Shown here: positions 49,703 through 60,449 of the stretch, in pieces
Layout of the letters: every line of letters begins with the position of its first letter
How positions within the stretch are numbered: position 1 is the first letter of the stretch
Source: an uncultured Chthonomonadaceae bacterium
GTDB lineage: Bacteria > Armatimonadota > Chthonomonadetes > Chthonomonadales > Chthonomonadaceae
DNA length: 64,000 nucleotides
Assembly (NCBI GenBank): GCA_963835065.1
Contig: CAWIEK010000053.1
Coordinates: 352,001 to 416,000, forward strand
Direction: 5' to 3'
Program-made: the position numbers and the translations under genes
Notes under the pieces: model-generated
Databases searched by the model: none
The model's input: the letters and a program-made list of their open reading frames with translations, nothing else
Told to the model about the DNA's origin: nothing

Positions 49703-50227
49703 GTGACGCAATATCAGCAGGCGGTTTCCAATCAGGTGTCGTTTACGATCTCGGAACAGGAGTACCAGAAATCTATGTGGTTGCACATGAAGCAAAAGAA
49801 CTGGCGCGTGGCAGCCATTCTCTTGACCGCGTTGGTCGGCTTCTTTGCGATTGTAGATGGCGTTGCTACGGCCTTGCCGATGGGCATATTCTTTGCGCTG
49901 TATCTGCTGTTCTTGATGTGGGTGGTACGGCGCAACATCAGCAAAATCTACCGCAGCATGCCGCAACTGCACGGCGAACAGACCATTCAGTTCAATGAGG
50001 AGGGGCTTGTCTGGCACAACGCTTACGCGCTTTCCAAAGTGAAGTGGCAGTTGTTCCAAAAGTTCGACAGCGACGAAGACCTGTACCTGCTGTATCAGGC
50101 GCCACATCTGTTCAACATGATTCCGCGCAGCGCGTTTCACAGCGAAGAGCAGGAAGAAGCGTTTCGGATGCTGCTGGAAATCAATGTCAGGCCCGCCACA
50201 AAGCGCCGTCCGAAACGCGCCCGGTAA
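49703..50227 (+). CDS. YcxB family membrane protein
   Basis: AGGAGG SD + GTG; two TM helices; C-terminal ...IPRSAF..EEQ..F. Confidence 0.8.
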   Translation: MTQYQQAVSNQVSFTISEQEYQKSMWLHMKQKNWRVAAILLTALVGFFAIVDGVATALPMGIFFALYLLFLMWVVRRNISKIYRSMPQLHGEQTIQFNEEGLVWHNAYALSKVKWQLFQKFDSDEDLYLLYQAPHLFNMIPRSAFHSEEQEEAFRMLLEINVRPATKRRPKRAR

Positions 50228-50235
50228 TTCCAATT

Positions 50236-50808
50236 ATGTCCCGACCACCTTCCCGCCCCGGCCAAAAACGGCCTGTTCCGGCCAAACCCAAACGCCCCGC
50301 GCCCTCCCTGCCGCGCGTGGGCGTAACGTCTGTTGATCCGCAAACGGAGCAGGCCGTCAATCGCCTGTTTATGCGCCTGATACGCCGCGTCGCGCTCACT
50401 TGCGGCATCATGCTGGCGACAGGTTGGCTCGTTACATGGGCGGCGAAATCCTCCCACGCCGTCAGCGTTCCCATCATCTACTATGCCATTCTGCTTGGCG
50501 TCGCCATCGTGTATTATCGCGGCGTGGAGCAGGTGTTTGCGGATGTGCGCCAACTTGGGATTGAGAAGCTGAAGCAGCGACGGTACGCGGATGCCGTGTT
50601 CGCGCTGGAAAACTTTCATCGCCTGGGCAACATGAACCGTGACCGTACGGGCGAAGCGCACTACTATCTGATGCAGGCATATCGGAGCATGGGACAGACG
50701 GAGAAAGCAACCGAAGTGCGCGACTGGCTGCAAAAGCATCGCGCCAAATCGGAATGGGCCACGCGCTCTGCGCAGGAAACCCCGGCCGCTTCTATTACAC
50801 AAGGATAA
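50236..50808 (+). CDS. Hypothetical membrane protein with a C-terminal TPR-like region
   Basis: Two TM helices followed by EAHYYLMQAYRSMG. Confidence 0.7.
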   Translation: MSRPPSRPGQKRPVPAKPKRPAPSLPRVGVTSVDPQTEQAVNRLFMRLIRRVALTCGIMLATGWLVTWAAKSSHAVSVPIIYYAILLGVAIVYYRGVEQVFADVRQLGIEKLKQRRYADAVFALENFHRLGNMNRDRTGEAHYYLMQAYRSMGQTEKATEVRDWLQKHRAKSEWATRSAQETPAASITQG

Positions 50809-51025
50809 GTCATTCAGTTAAGGGGCCGTAAATCTATAACTGTCCGAACCAGCGGGAAGCCCAGCTCTTGCCTACGAGAAGTCCTGCAAACCCATCGGAA
50901 CAGCGGCAAGCAGGAAAAGGTTAGCCGCGAATACACGCGAATGAACGCAAATATCGGAAAACACGAAACAGCGAATGGAAGACGATCTTGTGTTCGCTGT
51001 TCGTTTTGCAGAGCGAACGCTTCTA

Positions 51026-51311
51026 AAAAGGAAATATGTAGAGAGATCGTCGAAATCTTGGCAATACAGCGCTTCCAGCCCGATGTCTCGTTGTGTCAGA
51101 TTGTAGGAGTGAGGCATCGTGACCTCGGAAGCGTCAGGGCGAACGGGAGGAGTGGAACATGGGCCTGTACCTCCTTTGCTGAATAGTAGACACTTGTACT
51201 ATTTAGACAGGAGGAATGGGGCAAAAGGTTCGCTGTTTTCGGGTTATTTTGCCCTTTTTTTTCTGTTTTTTTCGGGATTGTTTTGGCGGGAGGGTTGCTG
51301 TTGGCATTATG
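51026..51311 (-). other. Dispersed ~300 bp element, copy 2 (uORF MFHSSRSP* 51160-51134; ORF MPHSYNL... from 51117)
   Basis: Homologous to 10503-10809; preceded by a GCCGCGAATACACGCGAATGAACGC repeat at ~50920-50950. Confidence 0.8.
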
Positions 51312-51324
51312 TGCCGTCGCACTG

Positions 51325-51744
51325 ATGACGAAAATGAAGATGGCGGCAAAAGACAGGCCCAAGGTTAAACTGGAATGTCTGCGTCTCCTGACGACATTAA
51401 GACTCGACCCGGCAAAGTCAAAGCTTATCGGAGGGTTTGTTGACGGCTACCTGCGCTTGACGCCGGCAGAGACTCAACGCTATGCGCGTGAGTTCGCCAA
51501 ACTTACGGAGACAGAGAAGGAAACCACGATGGAAATCGTCACGAGTTGGGAAAAAACAGGGATGGAGCGCATCGTTTTGCATCTGTTGCACAACCGACTT
51601 GGAGATGTGCCGAAAACTTTAGAAAAGCGCATCTCCAATTTGTCGGCAAATCAACTGGAAAGCCTCAGCGAAACCATTTTCGATCTAAAAACGCCTAATG
51701 ATCTCGAACAGTGGCTATCACAACACGAGTTAGCGATGCGCTAA
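51325..51744 (+). CDS. C-terminal half of an Rpn-family/DUF4351 protein (N-terminal nuclease domain absent)
   Basis: ALMTKM..DRPKVKLECLRLL..LRLDPA...GFVDGYLRL, MEIVTSWE, DUF4351-like LSANQLESLSE..DL...DLEQWL. Confidence 0.75.
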   Translation: MTKMKMAAKDRPKVKLECLRLLTTLRLDPAKSKLIGGFVDGYLRLTPAETQRYAREFAKLTETEKETTMEIVTSWEKTGMERIVLHLLHNRLGDVPKTLEKRISNLSANQLESLSETIFDLKTPNDLEQWLSQHELAMR

Positions 51745-51788
51745 ATTTTGCAGGGCGTTCGCCTGTTGACTGGATTGGCAGATTATGT

Positions 51789-52787
51789 TTACGGCGTCAG
51801 CGCCAGTGAGCGTATTTCTCCGAATTCATGCGGCAGTTTGCGCCATGTCGCGCCGCCGTCTGCACTGAGATAGACATAGCCCAACACGCAGGCGGCGGCA
51901 ATTGTGTTTGGCAAGGCGGGATGGGTGGCAAACGTCCAAATGGTGCTGTTGGGCGTGGGGGTAAGTTCGGCCTGCCGCCAGTTGTTCCCGCCGTCGCGCG
52001 AAATGTGGAGGCTGCCCGTATTGCCGGGCGGGCCGCTGCCATTGCCGACAAATAGGGTTTGCGGATCGTCGGCCTTGTGGGTGATGCCCCGGCAATAGCG
52101 GTGCGGGAAATGCGACGCGACGTTTTGCGGTTCCCACGTTTTGCCTGCATCCACGCTGATGTTGAGGTCGTTATTGGTGCTGGCAAGGATTGTCTGCGGG
52201 CGCGTATCGGTACGCGGCAGAATGGTCAGCGAATGAATATCGGGCGAACTCATGCCCTCATCGCGGCGCTCCCATGTTTCGCCGCCGTCCGCGCTGCGCC
52301 ACAGGCCGTCAATCTCCACGCCCGCCCAAACAATGTTCGCGTTGGAAGGGTCGGCGCAAAAACACGTGACGCGGGTGTAGCGGATGTAATTGCACGTCGG
52401 GCTGATAGGCGCGTTCAGCTTCTGCCACGATGCGCCGCCGTCCTGTGAGCGATACAATGCGCCGGGACACGTTCCCACATATAGATGTTCCGGGTTTGCG
52501 GGGTGTACGAGCAGCGACCAGATCAGCGTTCCCGCCTGCCAGCCCTGCCCGGCATCCCAGGGCGTGTCCAATCTTGCCCACTGTTCGCCGCCATTGTCGC
52601 TGCGGTACAATCCCGCGTCCGTGCCCGCATACAGAACATTGGATTGGTCGGGATGAACCGCAAGGGCGCGAACTTCCGCTTCGATAAACATCTCGCCACA
52701 CGCCAGCCGAAACGTATTCCCGCCGTCCACGCTGCGCCAAACCGCCTGTCCCGCCGTTCCCACAAAGATTTTTACATCATCCGCCAT
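51789..52787 (-). CDS. BNR/Asp-box repeat beta-propeller protein
   Basis: Repeated RSxDGGxxW motifs. Confidence 0.9.
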   Translation of the reverse strand: MADDVKIFVGTAGQAVWRSVDGGNTFRLACGEMFIEAEVRALAVHPDQSNVLYAGTDAGLYRSDNGGEQWARLDTPWDAGQGWQAGTLIWSLLVHPANPEHLYVGTCPGALYRSQDGGASWQKLNAPISPTCNYIRYTRVTCFCADPSNANIVWAGVEIDGLWRSADGGETWERRDEGMSSPDIHSLTILPRTDTRPQTILASTNNDLNISVDAGKTWEPQNVASHFPHRYCRGITHKADDPQTLFVGNGSGPPGNTGSLHISRDGGNNWRQAELTPTPNSTIWTFATHPALPNTIAAACVLGYVYLSADGGATWRKLPHEFGEIRSLALTP

Positions 52788-53061
52788 GCTGCGCTCCCTG
52801 CTTTCCATTAGACCTCTTTGATAAATAACTTTTTCATAAATCCTTGTGACCGACACAAAGCCTGGCTTGTCGAGCGAACTTATGAAATAATCGGGTGGTT
52901 CTCGTTGATAGAGCAATCAAAGTACGCTTTTACTCCCGCGTTTCTTCCCAAACAGGCGATTCATTCTGCACCCCTTAAAATCCTGCAACATGCGCCAATC
53001 CTTTCATCCGTTTACCAACCATTTCACCCGTTCCCGCTACAAAGTAAGTGAGGAACATTTC

Positions 53062-53667
53062 ATGATTGTGGATGAAGCCAATTTGATCGCCAAAATTCGC
53101 GCCGGGGACCAGGGCGCGTTTCGCCTGCTTTATGAAGGCTATGCGGACCGCGTAACCGGCTTTGTGCTGCGCCTGACCGGCAGCCGGACGGACACGGAAG
53201 ACATTGTGCAGGAAGTGTTTATTGCCGCGTATGCCGGACGCGCTTCTTTTCGCGGCGATTCCAAACTGCTGTCATGGCTGTTGGGAATTGCGGTACGCCG
53301 CTGGCGAGACCGCAGCCGCAAGCAATCCCTGCCGACAACGCCGTTTACGGCGGATGGGGATATGGACGCGCAAGCTACGCAGGTTGCCGGCGGCAGCCTG
53401 CTGGAAACGGAAGTTGTGAATTCTTTAACGCTGGCGCGGGCGCTGGAACAGCTTGAACCTTCGTTTCGCGCGGCCCTGCTGCTGGTCGCTTCGCAGGGGC
53501 TGACGTATCGCGAAGCGGCAGAAATCATGGCCGAACCTGTGGGAACGATAAAGTGGCGCGTGTTTGAAGCCACGCGAGAGATGGCGCGTTTGCTTCAGGC
53601 CATCGAGGAAGAATACAATGCGATGCAGCAACATTCAGAAAAAGATTGCTCTCCTTGCCGCCGGTGA
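53062..53667 (+). CDS. ECF RNA polymerase sigma factor
   Basis: GDQGAF..LY, EDIVQEVF, F....SWL, GLTYREAAEIM..PVGTIK.R. Confidence 0.93.
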   Translation: MIVDEANLIAKIRAGDQGAFRLLYEGYADRVTGFVLRLTGSRTDTEDIVQEVFIAAYAGRASFRGDSKLLSWLLGIAVRRWRDRSRKQSLPTTPFTADGDMDAQATQVAGGSLLETEVVNSLTLARALEQLEPSFRAALLLVASQGLTYREAAEIMAEPVGTIKWRVFEATREMARLLQAIEEEYNAMQQHSEKDCSPCRR

Positions 53668-55599
53668 ACTTTCGGGCTGGCAGAAGCGCCGGGTTGAGCG
53701 GCATTGCCAAACCTGCGCCGATTGTCGGCAGCAGCAGGAGCAAACGCGGCAGCTATGGGCGCGGCTGCGCGGCAGTAACTCAGAGCCTACGCCGGAGCGC
53801 GTAGGGCTTGCCGTATTCGCCGCTCTGTCGGCAGAAAGCCAACCGGCTCCCACCCCTGCCAATATCTCCGCCCCTGCTTTTGATGCCTGGCAGCCGGCGT
53901 TGATATTGGAACCTGAGCATTATGCCACATCAACATGGCAGCGCGTGTGCGCCAGAATGCCCGCTCTTGAAACCGCCTACCTGACCGCAGTGGACTTTGT
54001 TATGGAGTTTCCCCGGCCCCGCAGACGCCCTGCGCGCATCGCCTGCGCATTGGTGGCAGTGGTTGCTTTAAGCGTCGCCACGCCAAAAGCCTACCGCCAG
54101 TACCGAAACAGCGTTCAGCGTAACCTGAATACCAGCCTGATTGCCGCTGTGCAGGCAAAGAACGTGGCTGCCGTTCGTGCGCATGACTGGACCAAGGAGC
54201 CGACCCCAACAGCCGCGCGGCTCCCCTGAATGATAGAGGACCAGGATTACGCGCGTTAGACGTGGTGGTGCAACTGAGGCAATCTATCTCGCCTGATGAA
54301 GAAAAGATAGCCTGCCTGCTGGTACAACATGGCGCAGACATTTCCGGGAAACATGGGGGTTACTACCTGTCAATGGCTTGCCAAAGTGGCGGCACCGAAA
54401 TTGTTCGTATCCTGCTGGAACATGGCGTAGATCCCAGCCACTCTGAAGGCATTTACCAGACTCCATTTGATGCCGCCATTAGTTACGCAACGGGTTCCGT
54501 GTTTTCATACAATATCTCTGATGCGCAAATGGAGGCGATGGTTCGGCAAAGGACTCCCATCAGCCGGGAACTCGTGCGACTGCTGCGGGAACACGGCGCG
54601 CGTCTGAACCTGTGGCAGGCCGCTCGCGTAGACGACGCGGAAGCGGTACGCGCCAATCTCGACGCGGGAACGCCGATTGACCAACCGAAATATGAGAGAA
54701 ATGTTAGCAGCACATTCAAAGAGCCAACGGCGCTGACCTTGGCGGCACAGGCGGGCAGTATTCATGCCGCGCGCCTGCTGCTCGAACGTGGCGCAAATAT
54801 CAACGCTCGAAGCGATTATCCGGGTACACCCCTGACAGGCGCCATCATGGGCAAACATCTTGAAATTGCCCGTTTGTTGCTCAATCGGGGAGCCAATGTC
54901 AATACCTACGCAGCCAATGTCATTACCTCCTCATCGAACTATTACTCGCCGCTCGTGTATGCTTGCAATTTCCTGCCCAGCCTTGTACCGGAGATGCTAC
55001 AGCGCGGCGCAAACCTGAAAACTGCGAGCGGCCCGGCTTTAAGCGCCGCGATACAACACAAAAACTCTGAGTTGGAGCGGTTACTCCTGGAGCGTATGGC
55101 GCGCGCCCACGTCAAAATTGGATACCAAGTTTTACAAACAGCGGTTCGGGAACAGCCCAACCTTGTGCTTCTCCTGCTTGCGCGCGGAGCCAGCGCGCGG
55201 GAAACCTCTCAGCAAGCCGGTGGCCTGATAAGCAGCGCCGTCCATTACAAGCGCAAGGATCTGATTGTGCCGTTGCTGCGCGCCGGAGCCAGCGTCAATG
55301 TTCAGCATGGGATTGTGGAAAGTACGCCATTATCCGAAGCGCTGGTGCAGGATGCGGACACAGTGGAACTATTGCTGAACAAGGGAGCCGATCCCAACAT
55401 GGCTTTCCATTCCGGCCAAACGCCCCTGATTGCCACAGCGCAGGCAGGCAATGCGTCCCTTGCGCGTCTGCTGCTTGCGCATGGAGCCGCCGTCAACGCC
55501 AAAGGCAGATTGGGGCATACGCCGCTCTACTTTGCGCGCAGACACAACTACCCCGCCGTAATCGCGCTGCTGGAACGCGCGGGAGGAAAGGAAGAGTAG
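53618..55599 (+). CDS. ZAS-type anti-sigma factor (HxxxCxxC) + TM + ankyrin repeats; frameshift near 54183
   Basis: VERHCQTCADC; after VAAVRA the other frame continues LDQGADPN into the ankyrin ORF 54262-55599. Confidence 0.82.
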
Positions 55600-55711
55600 A
55601 CGGCAGGTTCCGGTACAGGCCAGGAGGTTCTTTCAACTATTAAACCTCTTTCATAAGCCCTATAAACGGGGCAAGACTTATCTCATCAAACAGACTTATG
55701 AAAGAGGTCTA

Positions 55712-56274
55712 TTAGAGGCGGGCGGACAGCTCCTTTGGAAAAACAGGCATCCATCGCTCCAGCATCTGTACTGCAGCGGCGTCGCCACCCTGTTCGCCCG
55801 CAAACTGCGCCCCCAGATTGACCGCCGCCTGCCAGAACAGTTCCGAGGCTCCGTAACCGCGCAGGATATTGAGACTGTGCTGTATGCAGGCTTCGGCCTC
55901 GCCTTTCCGGTCATGCAGCATCAGCCAGGTGGCATGAATGACCTGCACCCGCGCCAGCAGGCGCAGCGCGTTCGCGTTTTCGCCGGCAACGGCCCGCGTT
56001 CTTCGGTCAGCGCGGGGGAAGAAAGCGCTTCCTGGCGAGAAAGACGCATGCCCCTGGCAGTCGGCAGCAGCGCCATTGCCCGGGCGCGTTCCTGCGGCGT
56101 GAGTTCCAGGACGGTCAGGACGCTTTCCAACTCCCATTGACACGGCGAGGTCGTTCCCGCCTCCCAGTAGCGCAGCGCGCGGTCAGAGATTTGGGCGCGT
56201 CGGGCCAATTCGGTCTGTGAGAGCCTGCGTTGGTGGCGCAGAGCGCGCAGGAACGCGGCAAAGTCGTGGTTCAA
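55712..56274 (-). pseudogene. XRE-family HTH protein, split or internally deleted
   Basis: LRALRHQRRLSQTELARRAQIS...WEAG; a helical TPR-like remainder lies in another frame from ~55985. Confidence 0.6.
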
Positions 56275-56576
56275 CGTGTCTATCCTTACTTCTGGTGATT
56301 TGCAAAGCCGCGCCGGAAAAATAAGGCGCCCCTCTTGTTTATACTACCTCATACTGACAATCAAAATGACCCCAAGCAGGCAAACCGGCAAAATTGTCAG
56401 ATTTTCAGTAAAACCGGCAAACTTCACGCGACATCCCCCTTTGTGGCACGATTCTTGCATCTTCCTGATATAGCGGCTGTGCTTTCAGTTCGCCCTCTTC
56501 CTCTTCAACAGGGCCGCTTCCTGACGTTGTGTGAAGACGGATTTCTTCGCAGCAGATATAAAAGGACTACACACGT

Positions 56577-57171
56577 ATGCAACGCACGCATCTCTCTCTC
56601 GTTTCTGGCGCTCGCCTGTCTTGCCCTCGCGCCCGCTGCCAATGCGCAGTTGATAGGCACTTCCGTGGCCGGCACACTGCGCGGCATCATTACACCCACC
56701 GCCCTCCCTCCCAATTACTTCGACCCGGCCAATGGGCGCGTTCCCGATGGCTACAGCAATAAAACACAGGGGCCGACGGTGACGGTAGCGGACCCGGCCA
56801 TCGAGTTCGGTTACGCGGATTCCACCAACACCGTTACTGCCGACATCACCAACACTCAGGTTATCCTGAACGATTTTACGTCGGTCGGGAGTTCGGGCTA
56901 CACCGTGACGCTGACCGATGCCGGCTTTGACAGCCTGGTCAAAATGTCGGATACGTTTCAGAATGGCGGCATACGGGCCTCGCGGTCGGGCAATCTGCTG
57001 ACCTTCAGCGTACCGGCCTTCACGGTCAACGGCCTCACGTCTCTGGGCGGCTATTCCGCCGTATTCACAGTCAACTCGTTCGCCCCCGTTCCCGAACCCG
57101 GCAGCATCGCGCTTCTGGTCGGCATAGGCGTGACCGGAGCCGCCTTCCTCAACCGCAAGCGCCGCAAGTAA
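56577..57171 (+). CDS. PEP-CTERM sorting domain protein; start codon out of frame across a (TC)n tract
   Basis: C-terminal VPEPGSIALL...RKRRK; one extra TC unit gives the signal peptide MQRTHLSLSFLALACLALAPAANA. Confidence 0.85.
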
Positions 57172-57195
57172 GCAGGAATTTTTGGCTTGCGCGTC

Positions 57196-57228
57196 AAACT
57201 CCCCGGCATGTATTGCCGGGGAGTTTTT
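57196..57228 (+). terminator. Rho-independent terminator
   Basis: AAACTCCCCGGCA-TGTAT-TGCCGGGGAGTTTTT. Confidence 0.85.
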
Positions 57229-57274
57229 CATTGTGCCCCCATGCGTGTTTTCATGGAAAAGCGAGGGGAGGTAG

Positions 57275-57804
57275 TTGGCAACAAAAACTCTGGACGCGCA
57301 AGAACTTTTGACGCTGATTACAGATGCCTCGGAATATGGGCCGGGGCAGGCGGGCGTTAAGCTGGAGTATGTCAATGGCATTCCCGCATGGGAGGCGATG
57401 CCCATTTACCGTCACCAGAAGAAAACGCTTGCTATGCAGATGTCGCTGCTCGCAAACGCCGGGCAGGATGTACGCGCCTGTATTCCGGTTGCCGATGTGA
57501 CGATTCTTGTTCCCCGACGGTTCCCTCAAGCGCCCCGATATTGCCGTCTACTGTACGAAGCCGACAGATCAGGACAAAGCCGTCACCGTACTGCCCGAAG
57601 CCGTGATCGAAATCATCAGCGTGGGCTACGAGACGAAGGATACTGTATATTAGCCTGCCGTTTTATTTCGCGCACCATATTCCCGACATCGTACTCTTCA
57701 ACCCGGAAACCAATCGCGTGGCGCACTATCACGACGGACAAACGGAGGAACACGATTCGCCCGTCCTCTTGACCTTCCCCTGCGGCTGCCGCGTCGTGGT
57801 ATAA
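57275..57804 (+). CDS. Uma2 family (PD-(D/E)xK) endonuclease-like protein; two apparent frameshifts
   Basis: KLEYVNG..., FPDGSLKRPDIAVY, PEAVIEIIS.GY..KD and a final segment IPDIVLFNPE, spread across frames. Confidence 0.78.
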
Positions 57805-57868
57805 TCTATTCCTGCAACGACAATCAACTTGTCATACCTGGTATATTTGTGTTTTGGAGGAGTGAGCA

Positions 57869-58276
57869 ATGGCTGTTTCAACCCTTATCCCAAAAGTTTC
57901 AGCAGAACCAAAGATTGCGGTTCCACAATCGGACAATGCGCAAGAAGCCGTTAAAGGCGAAAGCGCAGCCCCGCCACCTGTAACCGGCGCAACAGTTAGC
58001 CTTTCACAGACCGAACAGGCGAACCGGGCCTTCCTGAACGCGGTTCAGAATATCCCCGGCGTACTGGCCGCAAAACTCTACGGAGGCAAAACACTCGCCG
58101 AACAATCCATTGTCGTGGTTATTCCCGCCATGCAGAGTTCCACATCAGGACAGGTATTCGAGTTGGAAGGGGAGGTATTCCGTGCCTATCCTGATGCGCG
58201 CCTGGACGTTCGCGTGATTGGATTGCAGGAACGCGGACTTGACGTGTCTCAACTGGAAACCGTTTTGCCCCAATAG
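57869..58276 (+). CDS. Hypothetical protein, possibly a degenerate minimal nucleotidyltransferase-fold antitoxin
   Basis: GGAGGAG SD; IPGVLAAKLYG...SIVVVI...LDVRVI; directly upstream of a HEPN-like gene. Confidence 0.6.
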   Translation: MAVSTLIPKVSAEPKIAVPQSDNAQEAVKGESAAPPPVTGATVSLSQTEQANRAFLNAVQNIPGVLAAKLYGGKTLAEQSIVVVIPAMQSSTSGQVFELEGEVFRAYPDARLDVRVIGLQERGLDVSQLETVLPQ

Positions 58277-58284
58277 GATGCCCT

Positions 58285-58733
58285 ATGCCGCCCGACTACT
58301 TTCCCAAAAAGGCGAAACAGCATGTTGCGGAAGCCTGGCGAAACTACTGCCTGTACGACAAATGGGTAGATAAGGAACCCAGTTGGGCCTTAGTGTTGTT
58401 GTTCTACTCAGCATTGCATCTTGTACAAGCCCACGCAGAGAACCAGTACGCGAAGAAGCCTAACATCAGCCTGCCCTCAAAGCATCTTGAGCGAACACAG
58501 TACATTGCCGGGAATTTGCAAAAGATCATCATTGATTACCGGGAACTGCAAACCGCCAGCGAAGATGTAAGGTATGACATGGTTCGTTACTCTCTCAGCG
58601 GCGTTCTAAACTTCTATACAGGGCCGTTTTCCAGAATAGCGGAGGATTTGCGCAAAAAGGCGTTTCCTGGGAGTTACAGCTAACAGCAGACGAGCGCAAT
58701 GCCATCTTGAAGGAATTAGAGCAAGTCATCTGA
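58285..58733 (+). CDS. HEPN-like protein; probable frameshift in the A-run near 58655
   Basis: WALVLLFYSALHLVQA, SKHLER, YREL..SEDVRY. As written the ORF stops at 58683; an alternative frame runs to 58733. Confidence 0.68.
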
Positions 58734-58768
58734 AGAACGAAAATGGTTCCAGATAAGGAATGGGGTAG

Positions 58769-60418
58769 TTGGTGAATACACTCTACTACGGCGACAATCT
58801 GGAAGTTTTGCGCAAATACGTCCGGGATGAAACCGTTGACCTTTGTTATTGCGATCTGCCCTTCAATTCCAAGCGAAATTATAACCAGATTTATAACAAC
58901 GTCGGGAACGAAGACCGGGCGCAGGCGCAGGCGTTTGTGGATACGTGGGTGTGGGACGCGCAGGCGGACGCGGGCTTTGCGGAAATCCTCGCCAATGACC
59001 ACGCCCGGTTCGCGTCCCAAACCGTAGACCTGCTCAAAGGGCTTGCGCCCGTGCTGAAAAAGGGCAGTCTGTTCGCCTATCTCGTCAGCATGGCCCTGCG
59101 CATTACGGAAATTCACCGCGTCCTCAAACCCACCGGCAGTTTCTACCTCCATTGCGACCCCACCGCCTCGCATTACCTCAAACTTGTTCTGGATGCAATT
59201 TTTGTCTCACAGGGCGGCGACTTCAAAAACGAGATTATTTGGGAACGCACTACCGGCAGAAAGTCACTCGGCCAATTCGGACGTGTGCATGATGTCATTC
59301 TATTCTATACAAAGAGCGGCACATACATTTGGAATCCACCAAGCATTGTACAAACGGCTACAACGGCGCGTGGTCACGATTTAATGAGCGATAGCGGCGG
59401 TGTTTATCGTATGAGCGACCTGACGGGCGCAGGAGCGGGGCCGAGTCGTAAGTTCGGCGAGTTGGAACTCGCGCCGCCCAATGGACGGCATTGGATGTTT
59501 GACCAAAAGGGCCTTGACGAACTATCAGCATCAGGGCGCATCGTTTTTAGTCGTGGCGGAAAGCCGCGATTGAAGACATATATCGAGAATTTACCGGGTA
59601 CTTCTGTACGTGATGTTTGGACGGACATTGAGCCTATCAATTCTGCCGCTGCGGAACGTCTCGGCTATCCTACTCAAAAACCGGAATCGCTGCTCGAAAG
59701 AATCATTGCCGCGTCTTCAAACGAGGGCGATACGGTTCTGGACGCCTATTGCGGGTGCGGAACTACGGTCGCCGTTGCCGAACGCCTGAACCGCAAATGG
59801 ATCGGCATAGACATTACCTACCAGAGCATCGCCCTGATTTTGCGTCGGCTGGAAGCGCAGTACGGCAAGGGTGTTCTGGACACGCTGACGCTCAACGGCG
59901 TTCCCCGCGATGTGGACGCCGCCAATGCGCTTGCCCACAAAAAAGATGACCGCGTTCGCAAAGAGTTCGAGAAGTGGGCCGTTCTCACGTATTCCAACAA
60001 CCGCGCCCTCATCAACGACAAAAAAGGCGGGGATGGCGGCATTGACGGCATGGCCTACTTCCTGACCGGCAAAGACGATAACGCCAAAATCGTATTTCAG
60101 GTAAAAAGCGGGAACGTGGGCCGGGGCGACATCAGCAAGCTCAACAACGACCGGCAGCGCGAAGGGGCCGAACTCGCCGTGTTCCTCACCCTGCTGGACG
60201 CCACAAAAGGGATGCGCGATGAAGCAAGCGCGGCGGGCTTTTACGCCCACCCGCTGATGGGCAAAACGTATCCTCGCGTCCTCATTGTCACCATAGCGGA
60301 CATGCTCCAAGCCGGTTCGCGGCTCGACATTCCCATGAGCCTCGAAGTCCTTAAATCCGCCCGTACCGTAACGGAAACCGCTGCCCACCCCCAACTCTTC
60401 GACGATGACGCGGAATGA
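58769..60418 (+). CDS. Beta-class N4/N6 DNA methyltransferase fused to an Mrr-like restriction endonuclease domain
   Basis: LYYGDNL, D(L)PFNS, YPTQKPE.LL.RII, VLDAYCGCGTT; C-terminal DGGIDG...QVKSG. Confidence 0.92.
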   Translation: MVNTLYYGDNLEVLRKYVRDETVDLCYCDLPFNSKRNYNQIYNNVGNEDRAQAQAFVDTWVWDAQADAGFAEILANDHARFASQTVDLLKGLAPVLKKGSLFAYLVSMALRITEIHRVLKPTGSFYLHCDPTASHYLKLVLDAIFVSQGGDFKNEIIWERTTGRKSLGQFGRVHDVILFYTKSGTYIWNPPSIVQTATTARGHDLMSDSGGVYRMSDLTGAGAGPSRKFGELELAPPNGRHWMFDQKGLDELSASGRIVFSRGGKPRLKTYIENLPGTSVRDVWTDIEPINSAAAERLGYPTQKPESLLERIIAASSNEGDTVLDAYCGCGTTVAVAERLNRKWIGIDITYQSIALILRRLEAQYGKGVLDTLTLNGVPRDVDAANALAHKKDDRVRKEFEKWAVLTYSNNRALINDKKGGDGGIDGMAYFLTGKDDNAKIVFQVKSGNVGRGDISKLNNDRQREGAELAVFLTLLDATKGMRDEASAAGFYAHPLMGKTYPRVLIVTIADMLQAGSRLDIPMSLEVLKSARTVTETAAHPQLFDDDAE

Positions 60419-60449
60419 TTCTCTGAGCGGCCATTCCCTGTGAGCAAGG

